A DNA stretch of 64,000 nt from an uncultured Clostridium sp. (GCA_947570695.1 CANOVB010000005.1:67487-131486), one strand, 5' to 3'; shown: positions 19,256 through 28,924, counted from the first letter of the stretch. The notes: a model not told the origin generated them from the letters alone. Made by a program: numbers and translations.

Positions 19256-21205
19256 ATGGATAAATATTTAAAATTATTAAGTAAAACTTATAAAAATATT
19301 CAAGAAGTTAGTGAAGAAATTATAAATCTTCAAGCAATTTTAAACCTTCCAAAAGGAACAGAATTGTTTTTAAGTGATATTCATGGAGAATATGAAGCAT
19401 TTATACATATTCTTAATAATGGTTCAGGTATAATAAAAAGTAAAATCGAAGATATATATGAAAAAACATTGGATGAAGAAAGTAGAAAAGATTTAGCAAC
19501 TTTAATTTATTATCCAGAAGAAAAACTTAATATGATAAAAAAAGAAAAAAGTAATTTAAATGAATGGTATAAAATTACTTTATATAGATTAATTGAGGTA
19601 ACTAAGGCTGTGAGCTCAAAATATACTCGTTCAAAGGTAAGAAAGGCAATGCCTAAGGGGTTTGATTATATAATAGATGAACTTTTACATCTTCAAGGAG
19701 AAGATGCAAACAAAGAAAAATATTATAAACAGATTGTTGAAAGTATTATTGATTTAAATAGAGCAGATAATTTTATTGTAGCAATTTCTGAATTAATTAA
19801 AAGAATGGCAATAGATCATTTGCATATAGTTGGAGATATTTATGATAGGGGACCAGGAGCCCCGATTATAATGGATAAATTAATGGATTTCCACAGTTTG
19901 GATATAGAATGGGGAAATCATGACATACTTTGGATGGGAGCTGCTACTGGAAATGAAGCATGTATTAGTAATGTTGTAAGAATTTGTAGTAGATATGATA
20001 ATTTAGCAACATTAGAAGAAGGGTATGGAATTAATATTAGACCATTATCAATTTTTGCAACTGAAATGTACAAAGATGATGAATGCAAAGCATTTCTTCC
20101 AAGAAATAAGGAAATGTCTAAATATAGTAATACTGATAAAATTGTTTTATCAAAAATTCAAAAAGCAATATCAGTAATTCAATTTAAAGTAGAAGGACAG
20201 CTTATAAAGAAACATCCAGAATATAAAATGAAAGATAGATTACTACTTGACAAGATTGATTTTGAAAAAGGAGTAGTAAAAATAGATGGTAAAGAATATA
20301 AATTAAATGATATTAATTTTCCTACTATAGATATAAAAAATCCATATAAACTAACAAAAGAAGAAAAAGAAATTATGGAAAGATTAAAAAATTCTTTTAT
20401 GCATAGTGAAAAATTAAATGCTCATGTTAATTTTCTATATTCTAAAGGGCATGTTTATAAAAAATTTAATTCTAATATATTATTTCATGGTTGCATACCA
20501 ATGAAGGAAAATGGAGAATTTGATAAAGTAGAAATTTTAGGCAAATCACTAAAAGGCAAAGAACTATTAGATCATATAGAAAATGTTGCACATAAAGCTT
20601 ATTTTGGAGAGCCAAATGAGGCAAATCAAGAAGCAATAGATTTAATGTGGTATTTTTGGTGCGGTCCAAAATCACCATTATTTGGTAAAGACAAAGCCGC
20701 TACTTTTGAGAGATATTTCCTTGATGAAAAAGAGCTACATAAAGAGCATAAAAATCCTTATTATAGTTTAATAAATAGCGAAGAAATTTGTGATAAAATA
20801 TTAGAAAACTTTGAAACAAGTATTGAAGAGGGACATATAATAAATGGGCATGTACCAGTAAAAGCGAAAGATGGAGAAAGTCCTGTAAAAGCTGGTGGAA
20901 AAATGATAGTTATTGATGGTGGTTTTGCAAAAGCATATCAACCAACCACTGGAATTGCTGGTTATACATTGACTTATAATTCACACGGATTGGTTTTAGC
21001 AATGAATGAACCTTTTGAATCAAAAGCAAAAGCTATAAAAGAAGGATTAGATATTAGAACTCAAACAGTTTTAAAAGAAGATGTTGTAAGTAGAAAAAGT
21101 GTTGCTGATACAGATATAGGAAAAAAATTGCAAGAAGAGATTTCAGATTTAAAACAATTATTAATTGCATATAGAGAAGGTGTTTTAAAAGAAAATTTAC
21201 AATAA
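19256..21205 (+). CDS. fbp: fructose-1,6-bisphosphatase class 3
   Basis: ~650 aa metallophosphoesterase with DIHGEYEAF and GNHD motifs and overall Fbp(YydE) similarity. RBS AAAAAGGAGA before the internal ATG at 19256. Confidence 0.85.
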   Translation: MDKYLKLLSKTYKNIQEVSEEIINLQAILNLPKGTELFLSDIHGEYEAFIHILNNGSGIIKSKIEDIYEKTLDEESRKDLATLIYYPEEKLNMIKKEKSNLNEWYKITLYRLIEVTKAVSSKYTRSKVRKAMPKGFDYIIDELLHLQGEDANKEKYYKQIVESIIDLNRADNFIVAISELIKRMAIDHLHIVGDIYDRGPGAPIIMDKLMDFHSLDIEWGNHDILWMGAATGNEACISNVVRICSRYDNLATLEEGYGINIRPLSIFATEMYKDDECKAFLPRNKEMSKYSNTDKIVLSKIQKAISVIQFKVEGQLIKKHPEYKMKDRLLLDKIDFEKGVVKIDGKEYKLNDINFPTIDIKNPYKLTKEEKEIMERLKNSFMHSEKLNAHVNFLYSKGHVYKKFNSNILFHGCIPMKENGEFDKVEILGKSLKGKELLDHIENVAHKAYFGEPNEANQEAIDLMWYFWCGPKSPLFGKDKAATFERYFLDEKELHKEHKNPYYSLINSEEICDKILENFETSIEEGHIINGHVPVKAKDGESPVKAGGKMIVIDGGFAKAYQPTTGIAGYTLTYNSHGLVLAMNEPFESKAKAIKEGLDIRTQTVLKEDVVSRKSVADTDIGKKLQEEISDLKQLLIAYREGVLKENLQ

Positions 21206-21475
21206 ATGTTATATAAAAGATTCAACAAATATTATATGCAAATTAAATGATGTCAATATTAAAATGTTGATATACTGATGCAGGAAAAGTTAAAACTTAA
21301 CAGTATTAGTAACTTGATATACAAACAAATTTTGAAGGAGAATAAAATAAATTATAAATAAATTATGGAAACACAAGTAAATTAATTAAATAAAGCTCAT
21401 ATAAACATAAAATTAATTAGTTAAATAAATTATGGAAAAAAGTAAAATAAAATTGAATGTATAGAAAAATTATTA

Positions 21476-21522
21476 GAAAAGAGAAAAACCCATAAAATAA
21501 GCGAGTTTTTCTCTTTTTTTCT
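21476..21522 (+). terminator. rho-independent terminator after fbp
   Basis: AGAGAAAAAC...GTTTTTCTCT hairpin followed by TTTTTTTC. Confidence 0.55.
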
Positions 21523-21533
21523 AAGTCAAACTA

Positions 21534-21562
21534 TTGACATTTTTTGTAAAAAAAGATATAAA
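21534..21562 (+). promoter_or_regulatory. sigma-A-type promoter of the pil-like cluster
   Basis: TTGACA, 17 bp spacer, TATAAA. Confidence 0.4.
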
Positions 21563-21648
21563 TATACATATAAAAGTGAAATAAAATGTGATATTATATG
21601 TTTATGTAAAAAAATGTGTTTTTTTACTGTAAACAAAGGAGAAATGTA

Positions 21649-23262
21649 ATGTTAAGCTGTTTGGGAATTTATGTAGATAAAAACTTAATAAAATACGCAA
21701 AATTAAAAAAGAACAAAGATACATTAAAAGTTGAAGCTTTTAATGTTGAAGCTTTTGAGAATTTAGATGTTGCATTAAAAAAAGTTATAAATGAAACAAA
21801 CAGTTCAAGAATTCCAATAAGTATAAATATATCAGATGAGCTTTACAATTATTTTGAAGTATTCTCAGTTTTAGAAAAAAAGGATATTACAAAATCTTTA
21901 GATATAGAATTTGAAATGTTATGTGATTCAAGAGGATATGATAAAAGTTTGCTTGAATCAAGATATATTTTAATGGAAAACAAAAATAATTATGATAAAT
22001 ATAAATCATTATATATATCTGCAAATAAAAATGAAATAGATAGAAAATTGAGTATTCTTTCAGAGTATAAATTAGCTTCAATGACACCAGTTTCAACAAG
22101 TATAACAAATCTTATTGAACCAAAACAGGGCGAAAATATTGCAATTATTAATATAGAAAATGAAACAAAAATTACAACTATAATAGATGGTCAAATTAGT
22201 AGAGTTGATGTTTTAAATTCAGGAATGGATGAGATATCACAAAAAATAAATAAAATAGAATTATCATGGAAAAAAGCTTATGATGTGTATAAAAATATTA
22301 CAATTTATGCTCATGAAGTTTTAAGCTTAGAAGAAGATGAGAATGAATATATAGATATTGTAATGCCAGTTTTATATAAAATAGCAAATGAATCAAAAAA
22401 AATAATTAATACTTCTAAAGATAGAATAGACAAAGTTTATATAACAGGTACAGGTGCAACAATTAATAATGTTGATTTATATTTCCAAGAGTTTTTTAAA
22501 AAAGCAAAATGTGAAATATTAAAACCATTTTTTATTGATTCTAGTTCTTTAAAAGTACCAGCAAAAGAATATATAGAAGTAAATTCTGCTATTGCACTTG
22601 CCTTAGATGGATTAGGGTATGTAAATAAAGATTTAAATTTTGCACCAGTATCCAAATTTGATAATATAGATATTGAAACAATAATGAATTCTAAAGATAA
22701 TATAGATTTTAAAAATTGGAAAAATTCATTTAAATCACCTTTTGATATACAAGAAAAAATGATAGCAAGAGGAATTGCAGTATTTTTAATAGCAACTATT
22801 GGTTTTTCTGTAATGGGAACTAGTATTATGAATCAAATAAGTTTGCAAAAAGATGAAGCAAAAGAACAGCTAACTCAAACTATTGCTCAAATATCAACAA
22901 TGGAGAGTGAACTTTCAAGAATAGAAAGTCAGACCAATCAATATGCTACTTTGATTAATAGCGTAGATTCTTTAAATGAAGCAAATGCTAGTGTTCAAAA
23001 TAGTAGAATAATATCTAAAGGTGCTATACCAAATTTATTAACAAGAATAATGTTTATAATACCGCAACAAGTACAAGTTATTTCAATAGAAAATAAAGAA
23101 GGTAAACATATTATTATAGAGGCTGTATCAGAAAAATATGAACAATTAGGTTACTTTTCAGCTGCAATAAAAAATGATGGTATGCTTCAAAATATTCAAT
23201 CAACAAGTGCTACAAAAAGTGATTCACTTGTTCAAATTACAATAGAAGGAGATTTACCATGA
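21649..23262 (+). CDS. type IV pilus assembly PilM-like ATPase-fold domain fused to a PilN-like TM/coiled-coil domain
   Basis: N-terminus LGIYVDKNLIKYAKLKK resembles PilM GIDIGS..IK.VEL. C-terminal ~170 aa carries one TM plus a coiled coil, as in PilN. RBS AAAGGAGAAATG. Cluster context with pilO and pilC. Confidence 0.55.
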   Translation: MLSCLGIYVDKNLIKYAKLKKNKDTLKVEAFNVEAFENLDVALKKVINETNSSRIPISINISDELYNYFEVFSVLEKKDITKSLDIEFEMLCDSRGYDKSLLESRYILMENKNNYDKYKSLYISANKNEIDRKLSILSEYKLASMTPVSTSITNLIEPKQGENIAIINIENETKITTIIDGQISRVDVLNSGMDEISQKINKIELSWKKAYDVYKNITIYAHEVLSLEEDENEYIDIVMPVLYKIANESKKIINTSKDRIDKVYITGTGATINNVDLYFQEFFKKAKCEILKPFFIDSSSLKVPAKEYIEVNSAIALALDGLGYVNKDLNFAPVSKFDNIDIETIMNSKDNIDFKNWKNSFKSPFDIQEKMIARGIAVFLIATIGFSVMGTSIMNQISLQKDEAKEQLTQTIAQISTMESELSRIESQTNQYATLINSVDSLNEANASVQNSRIISKGAIPNLLTRIMFIIPQQVQVISIENKEGKHIIIEAVSEKYEQLGYFSAAIKNDGMLQNIQSTSATKSDSLVQITIEGDLP

Positions 23263-23927
23263 GAAAATTAGTATTAATTGTTGTACTTATATTAACAGGA
23301 ATATTGTGTTTTTCAGTAATATTTTTTGGAATTAAAATTGGAAATTTTAAAATAAGTAGTTATAGTGAAATTGAAGCTGAAAATGGATTAAGAAAAACAT
23401 TATTAGTAGATTTAAATGAAAAAAATTCAGTTGAATTTACATCTAAACAATCTTCTTTAGACACAGCTGTTAACCAATATGAAACTAAAAAAGCAGAGTA
23501 TGAAGAATTAGTAGCAAAAGGTGAAATAGCAGATATATCAACATATAATTCAGTAGATTTATATGATTTAGATTTTCTATATACAGTAATAGGAAATTAT
23601 GCTACAGAAAAAGGTGTTGCTTTATCATTAGATATTTTTAGAAGTTCTAATGCAACATCAAAATCTGAAGAATATACAATTTGTGATTTGAATTTTACAA
23701 TAACAGGAGACTATATATCAATAACAGAATTTATTTCTAGTTTAGAAGATAATGATCAACTAAGTTTTGAGATAAGGGATTTTATGTTAGAAAAAGGTGG
23801 GGAAAACTTGCAAGCTACTTTTGTAGTAAAAGAAGTCCCTATTAATAGTAAAGACTTATTATCTGTGCCAACATCTGCACAGTCAACTTATGATGAAATG
23901 TTAAATTCAAATGGTTCAAATAATTAA
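23259..23927 (+). CDS. PilO-like bitopic membrane protein
   Basis: N-terminal TM, coiled coil and a C-terminal globular domain. Translationally coupled to the upstream gene (overlap ATGA). Confidence 0.45.
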   Translation: MRKLVLIVVLILTGILCFSVIFFGIKIGNFKISSYSEIEAENGLRKTLLVDLNEKNSVEFTSKQSSLDTAVNQYETKKAEYEELVAKGEIADISTYNSVDLYDLDFLYTVIGNYATEKGVALSLDIFRSSNATSKSEEYTICDLNFTITGDYISITEFISSLEDNDQLSFEIRDFMLEKGGENLQATFVVKEVPINSKDLLSVPTSAQSTYDEMLNSNGSNN

Positions 23928-23960
23928 AATTAGATTTGATTTAGAAGGAATGGTAAGAAA

Positions 23961-24563
23961 ATGGGTAGTAAAATAGCAAAAGAGATATTTATAATTGTGT
24001 TACTTCTTATAGTAGTACTTTTTACGATAGGAATTTTATTTTATGAATTTATACCTTCAAAAAATGAAAATATAAGTTCTTCAAAATATACACCAACAGA
24101 TAAGGTTGTTGCAACACTTGCCGAAATACAAGAAAATGGCGGCATCGATTATTCTAAAGGTGATAATACAAATTCATTATTAAAATCTTATAGTATAAAT
24201 AAAAGTGATTTAAGTGGATATCAATCTGAAAATTATTATGAGAGTGGAAAAAAAGATCCTTTTGCAGAATATTCAGAATCAGTTGCAGAAGAAGTAATAA
24301 AAGAACCTAAAGTAAATACAGTAGATAATAATAAAGTAAAAGATAAAAATACAGTTAGTAATACGGTAACAAAAAAAGAACCAAATACTACTAATACAGT
24401 AACAAATACTACCCCAAATAATACTACAAATACTTCTTCAAGCAGTTCAGAATCATTAACAGAATATTTAAAAAATAAAAATAAAAATACAACAAAAGAT
24501 CAAAATAAAACAGACAATAATTCATCTACAGGAATATATTTTGAAAAGAAAGATTCAAAATAA
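23961..24563 (+). CDS. membrane-anchored protein with T/N-rich low-complexity C-terminus
   Basis: N-terminal TM IFIIVLLLIVVLFTIGILFY. RBS GAAGGAATGG. Confidence 0.45.
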   Translation: MGSKIAKEIFIIVLLLIVVLFTIGILFYEFIPSKNENISSSKYTPTDKVVATLAEIQENGGIDYSKGDNTNSLLKSYSINKSDLSGYQSENYYESGKKDPFAEYSESVAEEVIKEPKVNTVDNNKVKDKNTVSNTVTKKEPNTTNTVTNTTPNNTTNTSSSSSESLTEYLKNKNKNTTKDQNKTDNNSSTGIYFEKKDSK

Positions 24564-24581
24564 AATTTAAGGAGAATAGTT

Positions 24582-24752
24582 ATGAAATCACAAAAAGGAA
24601 TGGGCAGAGTACAATTTTTAGTAGCAGTAGTGGCATTAATATTAATAGCTGGAGCAGCGACTTATACACTTATAGATAGTTATAATTCTTCAAAAGAAAA
24701 CAGAAAAGTTATACCAAATACAAATACCAGTAATACCAACACATTAAATTAG
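24582..24752 (+). CDS. small (56 aa) secreted/TM peptide, possible non-canonical pilin-like subunit
   Basis: Strong RBS TAAGGAGAATAGTT-ATG. MKSQKGMGRVQFLVAVVALILIAG is a hydrophobic helix following a basic leader. Lacks the canonical G/FTLIE motif. Confidence 0.4.
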   Translation: MKSQKGMGRVQFLVAVVALILIAGAATYTLIDSYNSSKENRKVIPNTNTSNTNTLN

Positions 24753-24830
24753 ATTTTATATTTAAAACTTATAGGCATGTACATTTGAATATTAATGTAT
24801 ATGCCTATTTATGTAATTAGGTTAAAAAGT

Positions 24831-25856
24831 ATGGAAGAAAAAAATAAGTTTGTTAAAAATAATTTTATATCATTTGATGTTATTTTTTCAATTTTTGTAA
24901 TTTTATCAATAATAGCGATTATTACAATAGTATGTACTAAAATAAATTTGGAACTTCAAATAGTGAGGAAAAAAGCACGAGCTATAATAATAATTACAAA
25001 CATAGTAGAAAATATAAATTCTAGGAATTATACAGAGTTTGAAAAATATATTCAAGAAATTTCTATGATAGGAATTTCTAAAAAGATGGAAACTAATTTT
25101 CAAAATATAATTGTTGATGGAAATGAATGTAATGAAACATTTCTAGGGACACAGATTCCTAATGGCTATGTGCTTGAACTTGAAATTGATGGTTCAAAAG
25201 ATATATTTTCATTAGAAAAACAAATAAAAATAAATATAAAATTTTTAGTAGGTTCTTCAGAATATAATCAGAAAATTACTACAAGTATTGAGAGCGAGAA
25301 AATAAGTGAATGTAATAGCCCAATTATTTCAGATGAGTATTTTGAGCCTTTAGGGATAAGTACATATTATTATAATATTATACCTATTAAATATTCGAAT
25401 GAGGAAAAAGCTTATGTAAAAACAACAATAGGGGATAAAGAGTGGTATAACTATTCCGCAAAAGAATGGGCAAGAGTTTTAGTGTTTTTGAAAGATGGAG
25501 AAGATATAGAGGGAAGATTTATTAATTCTAATGGAGTGGTAAAAAATATAGCAGAATTTGATGGATATAGTATTGACGTAAATAACTATATGTATGTATG
25601 GATACCTAATTTTTCAATAAAGGAAAATACTTCTTATTTTAGATATAAAACAGGAAAAAATGTTATAAAAATGGATTTATCTCATGCTAATGATAAAATA
25701 TTAAATATAAATACAGTAGGAGAAAATGTTGAAGATGTCTCAAAAACTTGTAGTTTTGAAGGAATATATGGAGTTTGGAAAAAGCTTGGAGATGAAACAG
25801 ACGAGTATTATAGTTATTTTAATCTTACAAAATATGCTCCTATAAATATGCATTAA
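24831..25856 (+). CDS. pseudopilin-like membrane-anchored protein (degenerate prepilin N-terminus)
   Basis: KNNFISFDVIFSIFVILSIIAIITIV resembles a prepilin leader plus F-x-x-x-D/E hydrophobic helix, followed by a ~300 aa extracellular domain. Start is uncertain (24795 or 24831). Confidence 0.35.
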   Translation: MEEKNKFVKNNFISFDVIFSIFVILSIIAIITIVCTKINLELQIVRKKARAIIIITNIVENINSRNYTEFEKYIQEISMIGISKKMETNFQNIIVDGNECNETFLGTQIPNGYVLELEIDGSKDIFSLEKQIKINIKFLVGSSEYNQKITTSIESEKISECNSPIISDEYFEPLGISTYYYNIIPIKYSNEEKAYVKTTIGDKEWYNYSAKEWARVLVFLKDGEDIEGRFINSNGVVKNIAEFDGYSIDVNNYMYVWIPNFSIKENTSYFRYKTGKNVIKMDLSHANDKILNINTVGENVEDVSKTCSFEGIYGVWKKLGDETDEYYSYFNLTKYAPINMH

Positions 25857-25889
25857 TAAAATAATAAAAAATTAAAGAAAGGAGGAAAT

Positions 25890-27161
25890 ATGGCTAATAG
25901 TTTTATATGTAAAGTTCTTACTCCACAAGGACAAGTAGTAAAAATTAAAATGACTGAAAATGATAAAATTGAATGTTTAAAGAAACTAAAAAGAAATGGA
26001 ATGACACCAATTAGTATAAAGCATTCATTAAGCAAATTTAAAAGTTTAGAAAAAGGAACCGCAAAGATATATTCAAAAAGAAAAAATGTGAAAAAAAATA
26101 ACATAATAATTCAATTATCTAATAGAGTATCTACACAAGAAATAAAAGTATTTACACAAGATTTTTATATGTTAAAGAAATCTAATTTTACTAGTGAACA
26201 TGCATTAAAAACAATTATAAGTAATACCAAAAACCTAGAACTAAAAAGAGTTCTAAATATAATGCTAAAAAGTATACAAAAAGGAATACCTCTGTATAAA
26301 ACTATGGAAGAATATAAAAACATATTTCCTTTAGAATATACGTATTTAATAAAAATGGGAGAGTTAACAGGAAAATTAGAAGTTTCTTTAGAATATGTTA
26401 TTAAATATTTAGATAATGAAGAAAAATTAAAATCAAGAATTAACAAGATTTTAATTCCTAATATTATAATGTTCTTATGCATAATAATACTTACGTTTTC
26501 AGCTATTTTAATAGGAATACCATTACTTAAGAATATATTTATGATAAATGGCAGTATTAATATACCAAAAGGTATTTTAGTGATATCAAATATTTTATCT
26601 AAAGTTTTTAAATACTGGTATATTATAGTATTGCTTATAGCAAGCATAATAGTAATTTTTATTAAATTTATAAATTCAGATGAAGGAAAATATAGGTTTG
26701 ATAAATTTATTTGTACTAATATATTATTTGGGAAGATTATATATTTTTTAAATTTTTCTAGGATATTAAGTTCTTTAGAAATTAACTTAAAAAATAAAAT
26801 GAGGCTTCAAGATGCTTTAGATATTAGTAAGAATGTTATAAAAAATACATATATTTTAAATACACTTGAGAAATCGGCCAATAATATTTATATTGGTAAA
26901 TCTTGGATAGAACCTTTGGAGGAAAATTTAAGTCCAATAATAATTGAATTATTAAAAAAAGGATCAAAAAATAATTTAATTGAAGTTATTGAGAAAGTAA
27001 TTGAATATATAAATATTGAGATTGAAAATGAAATGAATAGATTATTAAAAATTTTGCCAGAAATTTCTTATGGAATAGTGGGAATTTCAATATTGATATT
27101 TGTTATTACAGTTTTATTACCTTGTATACAAATATATTTAAGTGGATTTTTATTTAGTTAA
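25890..27161 (+). CDS. type IV pilus/T2SS platform protein PilC/GspF-like
   Basis: N-terminus FICKVLTPQGQVVKIKMTENDKIECLKKLKRNGMTPISI matches the PilC F-x-Y-x-A-x-d-x-G...L...G-l-x-p-i pattern. Two cytoplasmic domains are each followed by TM segments. RBS AAAGGAGGAAAT. Confidence 0.65.
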   Translation: MANSFICKVLTPQGQVVKIKMTENDKIECLKKLKRNGMTPISIKHSLSKFKSLEKGTAKIYSKRKNVKKNNIIIQLSNRVSTQEIKVFTQDFYMLKKSNFTSEHALKTIISNTKNLELKRVLNIMLKSIQKGIPLYKTMEEYKNIFPLEYTYLIKMGELTGKLEVSLEYVIKYLDNEEKLKSRINKILIPNIIMFLCIIILTFSAILIGIPLLKNIFMINGSINIPKGILVISNILSKVFKYWYIIVLLIASIIVIFIKFINSDEGKYRFDKFICTNILFGKIIYFLNFSRILSSLEINLKNKMRLQDALDISKNVIKNTYILNTLEKSANNIYIGKSWIEPLEENLSPIIIELLKKGSKNNLIEVIEKVIEYINIEIENEMNRLLKILPEISYGIVGISILIFVITVLLPCIQIYLSGFLFS

Positions 27162-27189
27162 AAAATATTTAAAAGGAGTACAAAAGAAA

Positions 27190-28095
27190 ATGGATATAGG
27201 AATTGATTTAGGTGGAAGTCATATAGGAGTAGGAATAATAGAAGATGGAAATTTGATTTCTACAGTAGATAAGTTTTTTTCTAAAGAAGATAGAGAAAAT
27301 ATAGAAGTTGCAATATTAAAAAATATAGAAGAATTAATTAATAGGATATCATTTGAAAATAATTTATCTTTAGATAAGATAAATAAAATAGGAGTGGCAT
27401 CACCAGGAACGATTACAAATGGACACATAATTTCTTGGAATTTGAACTTAAAAAATTTTGATTTACAATCTAAGCTAATAGAAAAATATAATAAACCTGT
27501 TAAAATAAGAAATGATGGAAAATGTGCAGCATTAGCAGAAAAAAAGTATGGATCAATGAAAAATTATAATGATTGTGTATTTATAAATATTGGAACCGGA
27601 ATAGGTGGAGCGGCATTTATTGGTGGAAAACTTTTAGAACCTAAAAGATATTCTGGTTTTGAATTTGGACATATAACACTTGTAAAAGATGGAATACAAT
27701 GTACTTGTGGAAAAAAAGGATGTTTTGAGAGATATGCATCAATAAAAGCTTTAAAAGACAAAATAACTAATACATTAAATATAGATGGAACAGACATTTC
27801 AGGACAATATTTAAGAGAAGAGATAATGGTAAAATATCATAAACAATTAGAAAAGGATATTAACGAATTTATTGATTATTTAAGAATTGGTGTATGTAAT
27901 TTAATAGATATATTTGAACCAGAAGTAGTTTGTTTTGGAGGTAGTTTTTCGTATTATGAAGGACATCCAGTACTAAATAATTTAATTGAAGAAATAGATA
28001 AAAAAGGCTCAAGGTTTAATGAAGGAAAAACTGAAATTGTAACAGCAAATTTAAAAAATGATGCAGGGATAATCGGTTCAGTAATTGATTTTTAG
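27190..28095 (+). CDS. ROK-family glucokinase
   Basis: MDIGIDLGGSHIGVGII N-terminus and the CxCGxxGCxE zinc motif (CTCGKKGCFE). Confidence 0.8.
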   Translation: MDIGIDLGGSHIGVGIIEDGNLISTVDKFFSKEDRENIEVAILKNIEELINRISFENNLSLDKINKIGVASPGTITNGHIISWNLNLKNFDLQSKLIEKYNKPVKIRNDGKCAALAEKKYGSMKNYNDCVFINIGTGIGGAAFIGGKLLEPKRYSGFEFGHITLVKDGIQCTCGKKGCFERYASIKALKDKITNTLNIDGTDISGQYLREEIMVKYHKQLEKDINEFIDYLRIGVCNLIDIFEPEVVCFGGSFSYYEGHPVLNNLIEEIDKKGSRFNEGKTEIVTANLKNDAGIIGSVIDF

Positions 28096-28115
28096 TGCTT
28101 AAGTTAGCTTAAAGG

Positions 28116-28144
28116 TTGACATAATTTGAACAGAATGGTATAAT
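28116..28144 (+). promoter_or_regulatory. perfect-consensus sigma-70/sigma-A promoter driving the GC-rich cassette gene
   Basis: TTGACA, exactly 17 bp, TATAAT. Followed ~20 nt later by AGGAGG and the start codon. Confidence 0.6.
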
Positions 28145-28177
28145 AAATATTGACCCAAAAACTTTTAGGAGGAAATT

Positions 28178-28528
28178 GTGATGAACGGTAGCAACAATCG
28201 CACTATGGAGTTGACGGCAATGAACGAGCAAGGCGTTTTCACCCTGATTTTCCGGGATGACGAGCTGCTGAGAGAGTTCGAGAACATGGTTTCCATGTTC
28301 AACCGGAAGCAGGAAGAGCTGATCGTCACCGAGATCGGCGAAAGCAACGGCAGAATCTTTGAGGTCAAGCGCGTCGAGGGACGCCCCACTTGTTGGGAGC
28401 TGGCTCTGCACAAGTATATGAGCCTGTCCAACACCACAAAGACCAACAAGATTACCGGAAAGAAGTACGAGCCTGTACTGTTTACGCCGCTGCGCTTCGT
28501 GAGTCAGACAGAAGAAGCGGCCTGCTAA
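28178..28528 (+). CDS. hypothetical small cytoplasmic protein (116 aa) with foreign GC-rich composition
   Basis: GTG/ATG start after AGGAGG. About 55% GC with CTG/GGC/CGC codons. No recognisable homology. Confidence 0.65.
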   Translation: MMNGSNNRTMELTAMNEQGVFTLIFRDDELLREFENMVSMFNRKQEELIVTEIGESNGRIFEVKRVEGRPTCWELALHKYMSLSNTTKTNKITGKKYEPVLFTPLRFVSQTEEAAC

Positions 28529-28586
28529 TCACAAACCATTGCTGGAGCCAAACAAAAAAGGAGTTTTTAAGGAGATGGCACCAGCA

Positions 28587-28614
28587 GCCCCGCCACTATG
28601 GCGGGGTTTTATTT
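28587..28614 (+). terminator. GC-rich rho-independent terminator of the cassette
   Basis: GCCCCGCC-ACTAT-GGCGGGG followed by TTTTATTT. Confidence 0.7.
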
Positions 28615-28619
28615 ATATA

Positions 28620-28880
28620 ATAGGAAATTCCTATAGAATTCCTATTATATAAAGCCTTCGGCAACATTTCACAGAAAAATTGCTATGCAATTTTTTGCGG
28701 GCGAACAAAGACGAGCCACTTAAATACACTAAAATGTTTGAGAATTTTAAAAGTGGCTCTTTTGTTCTTTAATAGAAAAGTGCTCTGTACTTTTATTAGA
28801 TAAAGCTTTCATCGACTTTATACAGAAAAACGATAAAGCAATTTTTTATAATATAAAGAAGTTGCCAAAATTTACAGGAA
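28620..28880. repeat. cluster of mosaic intergenic repeat modules
   Basis: CTATTATATAAAGCCTTCGGCAACATTTCACAGAAAAATTGC...GCGGGCGAACAAAGACGAG aligns with 57631-57700. A second sub-copy AAAGCTTTCATCGACTTTATACAGAAAAAC follows. Abuts the foreign cassette. Confidence 0.55.
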
Positions 28881-28924
28881 TCCCCAAAATAATACATGAA
28901 ATATAAAAAAATAGAAAAAATATG

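Noticed and set aside
21355-21440. Direct repeat TAAATAAATTATGGAAA (x2, 67 bp apart) upstream of the pil cluster
   Set aside because: Short and extremely AT-rich in a 27% GC genome, so it plausibly arises by chance. No associated structure or ORF.
24582-24752. Calling the 56-aa peptide a canonical type IVa major pilin
   Set aside because: It lacks the G-F/M-T-L-I-E cleavage/methylation motif and the Glu at +5. It is kept only as a possible non-canonical subunit.
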